Assembly (NCBI GenBank): GCA_964016885.1
Contig: OZ024740.1
Location: 246,512,001 to 246,576,000 of the forward strand
Direction of reading: 5' to 3'
Origin: Eledone cirrhosa
Lineage: Eukaryota
DNA length: 64,000 nt
The notes under the pieces: model-generated
Told to the model about the DNA's origin: nothing
Database searches by the model: none
What the model saw: the letters and a program-made list of their open reading frames with translations, nothing else
Position numbers and translations under genes: made by a program
In this document: positions 55,001 through 64,000 of the stretch, piece by piece
Layout: every line of letters starts with the position of its first letter
Position numbering within the stretch: the stretch's first letter is position 1

Positions 55001-58000
55001 TGTCTACGGTTGTATGCCGTCTATGACTAGTCTGTGTCTACGGTTGTATGCCGTCTATGACTAGTCTGTGTCTACGGTTGTATGCCGTCTATGCCTAGTC
55101 TGTGTCTACGGTTGTATGCCGTCTATGACTAGTCTGTGTCTACGGTTGTATGCCGTCTATGACTAGTCTGTGTCTACGGTTGTATGCCGTCTATGACTTG
55201 TCTGTGTCTACGGTTGTATGCCGTCTATGACTAGTCTGTGTCTACGGTTGTATGCCGTCTATGACTAGTCTGTGTCTACGGTTGTATGCCGTCTATGACT
55301 AGTCTGAGTCTACGTTTGTATGCCGTCTATGCCTAGTCTGTGTCTACGGTTGTATGTCGTCTATGACTTGTCTGTGTCTACGGTTGTATGCCGTCTATGC
55401 CTAGTCTGTGTCTACGGTTGTATGCCGTCTTTGACTAGTCTGTGTCTACGGTTTTATGCCGTCTATGACTAGTCTGTGTCTACGGTTGTATGCCGTCTAT
55501 GCCTAGTCTGTGTCTACGGTTGTATGCTGTCTATGACTAGTCTGTGTCTACGGTTGTATGCCATCTATGACTAGTCTGTGTCTACGGTTGTATGCCGTCT
55601 ATGACTAGTCTGTGTCTACGGTTGTATGCCGTCTATGACTAGTCTGTGTCTACGGTAGTATGCCGTCTATGACTAGTCTGTGTCTACAGTTGTATGCCGT
55701 CTATGACTAGTCTGTGTCTACGGTTGTATGCTGTCTATGACTAGTCTGTGTCTACGGTTGTATGCCGTCTATGACTAGTCTGTGTCTACGGTTGTATGCT
55801 GTCTATGCCTAGTCTGTGTCTACGGTTGTATGCCGTCTATGACTAGTCTGTGTCTACGGTTTTATGCCGTCTATGACTAGTCTGTGTCTACGGTTGTATG
55901 CCGTCTATGACTAGTCTGTGTCTACGGTTGTATGCCGTCTATGACTAGTCTGTGTCTACGGTAGTATGCCGTCTATGACTAGTCTGTGTCTACAGTTGTA
56001 TGCCGTCTATGACTAGTCTGTGTCTACGGTTGTATGCTGTCTATGACTAGTCTGTGTCTACGGTTGTATGCCGTCTATGACTAGTCTGTGTCTACGGTTG
56101 TATGCTGTCTATGCCTAGTCTGTGTCTACGTTTGTATGCCGTCTATGGCTAGTCTGTGTCTACGGTTGTATGCCGTCTATGCCTAGTCTGTGTCTACGGT
56201 TGTATGCCGTCTATGACTAGTCTGTGTCTACGGTTGTATGCCGTCTATGACTAGTCTGTGTCTACGGTTGTATGCCGTATATGACTAGTCTGTGTCTACG
56301 GTTGTATGCCGTCTATGCCTTGTCTGTGTCTACGGTTGTATGCCGTCTATGACTAGTCTGTGTCTACGGTTGTATGCCGTCTATGACTAGTCTGTGTCTA
56401 CGGTTGTATGCCGTCTATGACTAGTCTGTGTCTACGGTTATATGCCGTCTATGACTAGTCTGTGTCTACGGTTGTATGCCGTCTATGACTAGTCTGTGTC
56501 TACGGTTGTATGCCGTCTATGCCTAGTCTGTGTCTACGGTTGTATGCCGTCTATGACTAGTCTGTGTCTACGGTTGTATGCCGTCTATGACTAGTCTGTG
56601 TCTACGGTTGTATGCCGTCTATGACTAGTCTGTGTCTACGGTTGTATGCCGTCTATGCCTAGTCTGTGTCTACGGTTGTATGCCGTCTATGACTAGTCTG
56701 TGTCTACGGTTGTATGCCGTCTATGACTAGTCTGTGTCTACGGTTGTATGCCGTCTATGACTTGTCTGTGTCTACGGTTGTATGCCGTCTATGACTAGTC
56801 TGTGTCTACGGTTGTATGCCGTCTATGACTAGTCTGTGTCTACGGTTGTATGCCGTCTATGACTAGTCTGTGTCTACGGTTGTATGCCGTCTATGCCTAG
56901 TCTGTGTCTACGGTTGTATGTCGTCTATGACTTGTCTGTGTCTACGGTTGTATGCCGTCTATGCCTAGTCTGTGTCTACGGTTGTATGCCGTCTATGACT
57001 AGTCTGTGTCTACGGTTGTATGCCGTCTATGCCTAGTCTGTGTCTACGGTTGTGTGCCGTCTATGACTAGTCTGTGTCTACGGTTGTATGCCGTCTATGA
57101 CTAGTCTGTGTCTACGGTTGTATGCCGTCTATGCCTAGTCTGTGTCTACGGTTGTATGCCGTCTATGACTAGTCTGTGTCTACAGTTGTATGCCGTCTAT
57201 GACTAGTCTGTGTCTACGGTTGTATGCCGTCTATGACTAGTCTGTGTCTACGGTTGTATGCCGTCTATGACTAGTCTGTGTCTACGGTTGTATGCCGTCT
57301 ATGCCTAGTCTGTGTCTACGGTTGTATGCCGTCTATGACTAGTCTGTGTCTACGGTTGTATGCCGTCTATGACTAGTCTGTGTCTACGGTTGTATGCCGT
57401 CTATGCCTAGTCTGTGTCTACGGTTGTATGTCGTCTATGACTTGTCTGTGTCTACGGTTGTATGACGTCTATGCCTAGTCTGTGTCTACGGTTGTATGCC
57501 GTCTATGACTAGTCTGTGTCTACGGTTGTATGCCGTCTATGACTAGTCTGTGTCTACGGTTGTATGCCGTCTATGCCTAGTCTGTGTCTACGGTTGTATG
57601 CCGTCTATGCCTAGTCTGTGTCTACGGTTGTATGCCGTCTATGACTAGTCTATGTCTACGGTTGTATGCCGTCTATGACTAGTCTGTGTCTACGGTTGTA
57701 TGCCGTCTATGACTAGTCTGTGTCTACGGTTGTATGCCGTCTATAACTAGACTGTGTCTACGGTTGTATGCCGTCTATGACTAGTCTGTGTCTACGGTTG
57801 TATGCCGTCTATGACTAGTCTGTGTCTACAGTTGTATGCCGTCTATGACTAGTCTGTGTCTACGGTTGTATGCCGTCTATGACTAGTCTGTGTCTACGGT
57901 TGTATGCCGTCTATGACTAGTCTGTGTCTACGGTTGTATGCCGTCTATGACTAGTCTGTGTCTACGGTTGTATGCCGTCTATGACTAGTCTGTGTCTACG

Positions 58001-61000
58001 GTTGTATGCCGTCTATGCCTAGTCTGTGTCTACTGTTGTATGCCGTCTATGACTAGTCTGTGTCTACGGTTGTATGCCGTCTATGACTAGTCTGTGTCTA
58101 CGGTTGTATGCCGTCTATGACTAGTCTGTGTCTACGGTTGTATGCCGTCTATGACTAGTCTGTGTCTACGGTTGTATGCCGTCTATGACTAGTCTGTGTC
58201 TACGGTTGTATGCCGTCTATGACTAGTCTGTGTCTACGGTTGTATGCCGTATATGACTAGTCTGTGTCTACGGTTGTATGCCGTCTATGACTAGTCTGTG
58301 TCTACGGTTGTATGCTGTCTATGACTAGTCTGTGTCTACGGTTGTATGCCGTCTATGACTAGTCTGTGTCTACGGTTGTATGCTGTCTATGCCTAGTCTG
58401 TGTCTACGGTTGTATGCCGTCTATGGCTAGTCTGTGTCTACGGTTGTATGCCGTCTATGCCTAGTCTGTGTCTACGGTTGTATGCCGTCTATGACTAGTC
58501 TGTGTCTACGGTTGTATGCCGTCTATGACTAGTCTGTGTCTACGGTTGTATGCCGTATATGACTAGTCTGTGTCTACGGTTGTATGCCGTCTATGCCTTG
58601 TCTGTGTCTACGGTTGTATGCCGTCTATGACTAGTCTGTGTCTACGGTTGTATGCCGTCTATGACTAGTCTGTGTCTACGGTTGTATGCCGTCTATGACT
58701 AGTCTGTGTCTACGGTTATATGCCGTCTATGACTAGTCTGTGTCTACGGTTGTATGCCGTCTATGACTAGTCTGTGTCTACGGTTGTATGCCGTATATGA
58801 CTAGTCTGTGTCTACGGTTGTATGCCGTCTATGACTAGTCTGTGTCTACGGTTGTATGCCGTCTATGACTAGTCTGTGTCTACGGTTGTATGCCGTCTAT
58901 GACTAGTCTGTGTCTACGGTTGTATGCTGTCTATGCCTAGTCTGTGTCTACGGTTGTATGCCGTCTATGGCTAGTCTGTGTCTACGGTTGTATGCCGTCT
59001 ATGCCTAGTCTGTGTCTACGGTTGTATGCCGTCTATGACTAGTCTGTGTCTACGGTTGTATGCCGTCTATGACTAGTCTGTGTCTACGGTTGTATGCCGT
59101 ATATGACTAGTCTGTGTCTACGGTTGTATGCCGTCTATGCCTTGTCTGTGTCTACGGTTGTATGCCGTCTATGACTAGTCTGTGTCTACGGTTGTATGCC
59201 GTCTATGACTAGTCTGTGTCTACGGTTGTATGCCGTCTATGACTAGTCTGTGTCTACGGTTATATGCCGTCTATGACTAGTCTGTGTCTACGGTTGTATG
59301 CCGTCTATGACTAGTCTGTGTCTACGGTTGTATGCCGTCTATGCCTAGTCTGTGTCTACGGTTGTATGCCGTCTATGACTAGTCTGTGTCTACGGTTGTA
59401 TGCCGACTATGACTAGTCTGTGTCTACGGTTGTATGCCGTCTATGACTAGTCTGTGTCTACGGTTGTATGCCGTCTATGCCTAGTCTGTGTCTACGGTTG
59501 TATGCCGTCTATGACTAGTCTGTGTCTACGGTTGTATGCCGTCTATGACTAGTCTGTGTCTACGGTTGTATGCCGTCTATGACTTGTCTGTGTCTACGGT
59601 TGTATGCCGTCTATGACTAGTCTGTGTCTACGGTTGTATGCCGTCTATGCCTAGTCTGTGTCTACGGTTGTATGCCGTCTATGACTAGTCTGTGTCTACG
59701 GTTGTATGCCGTCTATGCCTAGTCTGTGTCTACGGTTGTGTGCCGTCTATGACTAGTCTGTGTCTACGGTTGTATGCCGTCTATGACTAGTCTGTGTCTA
59801 CGGTTGTATGCCGTCTATGCCTAGTCTGTGTCTACGGTTGTATGCCGTCTATGACTAGTCTGTGTCTACGGTTGTATGCCGTCTATGACTAGTCTGTGTC
59901 TACGGTTGTATGCCGTCTATGACTAGTCTGTGTCTACGGTTGTATGCCGTCTATGACTAGTCTGTGTCTACTGTTGTATGCCGTCTATGACTAGTCTGTG
60001 TCTACAGTTGTATGCCGTCTATGCCTAGTCTGTGTCTACGGTTGTATGCCGTCTATGACTAGTCTGTGTCTACGGTTGTATGCCGTCTATGCCTAGTCTG
60101 TGTCTACGGTTGTATGCCGTCTATGCCTAGTCTGTGTCTACGGTTGTATGCCGTCTATGACTAGTCTGTGTCTACGGTTGTATGTCGTCTATGACTAGCC
60201 TGTGTCTACGGTTGTATGCCGTCTATGACTAGTCTGTGTCTACGGTTGTATGCCGTCTATAACTAGACTGTGTCTACGGTTGTATGCCGTCTATGACTGG
60301 TCTGTGTCTACGGTTGTATGCCGTCTATGACTAGTCTGTGTCTACAGTTGTATGCCGTCTATGACTAGTCTGTGTCTACGGTTGTATGCCGTCTATGACT
60401 AGTCTGTGTCTACGGTTGTATGCCGTCTATGACTAGTCTGTGTCTACGGTTGTATGCCGTCTATGCCTAGTCTGTGTCTACGGTTGTATGCCGTCTATGA
60501 CTAGTCTGTGTCTACGGTTGTATACCGTCTATGACTAGTCTGTGTCTACGGTTGTATGCCGTCTATGACTAGTCTGTGTCTACGGTTGTATGCCGTCTAT
60601 GCCTAGTCTGTGTCTACTGTTGTATGCCGTCTATGACTAGTCTGTGTCTACGGTTGTATGCCGTCTATGACTAGTCTGTGTCTACGGTTGTATGCCGTCT
60701 ATGACTAGTCTGTGTCTACGTTTGTATGCCGTCTATGACTAGTCTGTGTCTACGGTTGTATGCCGTCTATGACTAGTCTGTGTCTACTGTTGTATGCCGT
60801 CTATGACTAGTCTGTGTCTACGGTTGTATGCCGTCTATGACTAGTCTGTGTCTACGGTTGTATGCCGCCTATGTCTAGTCTGTGTCTACTGTTGTATGCC
60901 GTCTATGACTAGTCTGTGTCTACGGTTGTATGCCGTCTATGACTAGTCTGTGTCTACGGTTGTATGCCATCTATGACTAGTCTGTGTCTACGGTTGTATT

Positions 61001-61114
61001 CCGTCTATGACTACTCTGTGTCTACGGTTGTATGCCGTCTATGCCTAGTCTGTGTCTACTGTTGTATGCCGTCTATGACTAGTCTGTGTCTACGGTTGTA
61101 TGCCGTCTATGACT
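28024..61114. repeat. Satellite array, 34-bp monomer GTCTATGACTAGTCTGTGTCTACGGTTGTATGCC, about 973 copies
   Basis: Uninterrupted head-to-tail array of about 33.1 kb in one orientation; most monomers have 0-2 substitutions; six 1-bp deletions and one 5-bp duplication (about 53491). Confidence 0.99.
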
Positions 61115-61859
61115 TGACATGTTTTTATTTTGTAAAATTTTAATATTTTTCATATATATTTAGCCAGGTGTGCCGCTATTTTTTTCATGTGTTCCAAAGT
61201 GTGCCGTTGGCAAAAAAAGGTTGAGAACCACTGGTTCAAGGGTATCCGGGAGAGGTTGGAGCAAGGTCTATTACGTAATGTGGTTGTAGTCACTGAAGGT
61301 AATAACTGTTATTACTTTAGGCACAAGGCCAGCAATTTTAAGGAGGAGAAAGTCGATTAAATCGACCCCCAGTGCATTACTGGTAATAATAGATATTGTT
61401 TAATGTATATTCTTATACAGAAACTACATAATTTGACGGCTGCATATTTAGAGCGAATTAGGGTTGGGAAATATAGATGATGTGTGAGGTAGGGATGATG
61501 GAGGATGTCTTAGTTCTAGTATAGATATTTAGTTCATGATTGGCTTTATTTTTTACGGATGTATTTTTTACGCGTTTGAAATGTGATGGTCTTATCCACT
61601 AGATGTTTTGTTTATTGTTGGCTTTGTTTACTGAGTGTATTATTTATGTATAGGGTATTCGATGATTGCTTTGTGTTTATTCTGGGTGTGTTTGGGTTCG
61701 GATTTGTGTGTTTGAGTGTCCTACTTGCTTGTTTTTTGTATATATATATATATATCTGTGTGTGTGTGTGTGTGTGTGTGTGTAGTATATATATGTGTAG
61801 TGTATATGTATGTATATTTAGGGTAGTTATTGATGGTGAATAGACTGATTGAGGGCACT

Positions 61860-63150
61860 TCAACAACGACGTCGGAGTCTATCCGTTTGGATAAAGTGAC
61901 CCGGATGTCCCCAATGTAATTGGCGAATTTTTCTTTTAATTTAGCTCCTGCTACTATTACTGTTGCTGCTGTTGTTGACGCTGGTGAGCTTCTTGGTTGT
62001 ATTGTGGTCAATGGTGTTTGATTTACTGCCAGTGTGGCGTAGGTAGGAAATGGGGTCTCGTTTTCTTGGTGGTTTGTTGAAGGTAGAAATCCTTCAGGTG
62101 TAGTTTTTCCCCACATGTGAGGCACTTTGGTTTTCTGTTCTCTAGAGTCATGAGAAGTCGGATGCCGTCCACGCAGTCTATTATGTCGGGGATGGCCTCA
62201 GTATTTTCTTGATTCGTTTGGATCAGTATTTCCATCCTCGATCCTGATCAGTTTTTCATTTTGATTTTCTTTACGTCTAGAATCTGTGTGCTGTACTTAA
62301 CGTCCATGAGTACAACTGTCACTAGCCAGGGAATAACTTTTGTGGGTGACACCTGGGTCACTATCATCTTTACTAATCTTTGGTCACAATATGTTGGCGG
62401 CAGAGTCAGCTATTTTCTCCTCAGTGGTGTAAGGGAGTGTCTGGTTTCCTCATGGGTTTTAGAAAATACGTCCACCGTCCCAAATCCCCTGCCTCGGATG
62501 TTATGAGGTTTGAGTTCTCATACGCAACCCAAAGCCTTTTGGATTTGGGACTTGGTGGTGCGTTTCCCCTGGCATGACTTCACTCCAAATGAACGGTATG
62601 TTATCTACCGTACAACGTCGCACGTTTTCCAGCACGTCGCGTGGAGGTGTGAGGCTGACTCTGTGACCCCTCCTCTTTAGCATCTGCTTAGCCTCCCTAA
62701 TTTCATTTTCGTTGGATTGTGCGGTGGATTGGCAGTACCGGTAGAGGGTCGGACGCCATGCTTTGTAGCATAGAGTTACGCCCCTTTATGATCTGAGTTC
62801 GAATACCGCCGAGGTTAACTTTGCCTTTCATCCTTACGGGGTCGATAGAATAAAGTACCAGTAATGCACTGGATAATTGCTGGCCTTGTGCCAAAAGTAG
62901 AAACAATTTTTCCATTTTCGTTGATAGTTATTGTTTCTGTATTTTTCGTTCCCCTTGTGAAGGGAACAGCTGATTTTGAAGGATCTTTCTGAGTTGTGTT
63001 AAAAGGAGTCACACTCTGCTTTGTCTTCGGGTCGGTATACTTGGTTGACAGATTGCTGCTGCTGTTATTGTTGTTGTAGTTGCTGTTGGTGGTGCTGGCG
63101 GTTTTGGTCTTTGTCACATGGTAGCTGGCTGAAAGAGGAGGAGCGTATCG
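61860..63150 (-). mobile_element. Decayed LINE ORF1/gag-like fragment (Tx1/L1-like)
   Basis: Long stop-interrupted frame ...RGRGFGTVDVFSK...IPDIIDCVDGIRLLMTLENRKPKCLTCGEKLHLKDF (degenerate CCHC zinc knuckle); Thr/Ser/Lys-rich N-terminal part. Confidence 0.5.
62719..62907 (+). mobile_element. SINE family A, full-length, with target-site duplication
   Basis: Collinear with 403-586; CATTTTCGTTG at 62704-62714 and 62913-62923. Confidence 0.9.
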
Positions 63151-63354
63151 CTTCCATTTTTAAAACGCTTGTAGGCGTGAAAATTAAGAAAATAAAGATA
63201 AAATATTTGGGCCAAAGGCCCAAATATTATGGGTCACCTTTTCTCACCCTATGAACAGTTTATAACAAAACTATTTCAACGAATAACATTTCAAACAACT
63301 TAAAACAACATACCTTTCGGAACTAACAATAACACGTCTTCACAAGCAGCCACC

Positions 63355-64000
63355 AATAATAATAATAATAATGCATTCTTTATTAACCACAAGAGTTTAC
63401 ACAAAGTAAGACATTAAGGACAGTACAGGACAATACAGGACAATACAGGACGGTACAAGTGGGCATTTCTGCGTGTAAAAAAAACAAAAACAGAGCATGT
63501 AACAAAAAAAGAAACAATGAAAAATTCCCCAATAGGGGGGAGACTTCCGAGGGCCATCGTGGAGAAAGCCCATTAAAAAAATGCCACGGTGACCCTGACC
63601 ACCAGGGCAAGTGCTCTCTCCCAGTTTTCCACCTTCAATTTACAGGCACATACTCAGAGTAGGCCCATTTACACGGGCCATTCTTGCCTCTCTCATTTCC
63701 ATGCCTGTAGAGTTTATCCCGAACTGGCAAAGCTCCTCGGTAGCACTGCCAAGCCAGGGATTTCTGGAAGTTGTCCATAGGCTCCGGCCCGGAAGTCCTT
63801 CCGAAGAAATTGGCTAGTTGATTTTCGTCGAAGCCTAGAGTTTCCCCAAGTACGTCGTCTTCCCCTCCACTAATTCTCTATAGAACGCCAAGGTGGAGTT
63901 TCCACCGATCACATTGCCCGACTAGTCGAGGGCTGTGAGCGCCTGAAGACATTCCAGTCTCCAAGCTCCCCCTCTCGGTCTTCGCTTGACCCAGGACTAC
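63355..64000 (-). mobile_element. 3' end of a Tx1/L1-like LINE (ORF2 C-terminus, 3' UTR, (ATT)n tail); runs off the window
   Basis: Minus strand MDNFQKSLAWQCYRGALPVRDKLYRHG (63698-63780) is the start of a zf-RVT-like domain; AATAAA and an (ATT)n tail at 63355-63385. Confidence 0.75.

Larger units (their letters stand above)
26522..61233 (+). mobile_element. hAT (Charlie/Buster-type) transposon remnant enclosing the satellite array
   Basis: Left TIR-like CA-TGATTCTCAACC (26522-26535); right TIR GGTTGAGAACCACTG (61219-61233, reverse complement CAGTGGTTCTCAACC). Subterminal GTGTGCCG motif twice at each end. Transposase C-terminus at 27749-27929. No 8-bp target-site duplication visible. Confidence 0.75.

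Noticed and set aside
28024-61114. CRISPR array (34-bp repeat with a palindromic core)
   Set aside because: Monomers abut directly with no unique spacers, there are no cas genes, and the context is eukaryotic.

Overview
Eukaryotic, AT-rich, repeat-dominated DNA with no intact protein-coding gene that I can support. The SINE families and abundant (TA)n tracts suggest an octopus or other cephalopod genome (inference). Bases 1-26.5 kb are a mosaic of (TA)n microsatellites, tRNA-type SINEs, a decayed mariner, decayed Penelope-like retroelements (PLEs) and many short non-coding islands inside (TA)n tracts. Folding these islands by eye gave seven canonical or near-canonical type I hammerhead ribozyme (HHR) motifs plus several decayed ones. 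Several HHRs lie in head-to-tail or terminally redundant units of 451, 486 and about 580 bp, which is retrozyme-like. Three have an unusually long, branched stem II, and two unrelated ones sit behind an almost identically spaced octamer / PSE-like / TATA cassette. Bases 28.0-61.1 kb are about 973 copies of a 34-bp satellite with nested higher-order duplications (6,695 bp and 2,209 bp). The array lies between the transposase stop codon and the right terminal inverted repeat (TIR) of a hAT/Charlie-type transposon. The last 2.5 kb hold Tx1/L1-like LINE remnants. All RNA folds and family assignments were made by eye and need computational confirmation.
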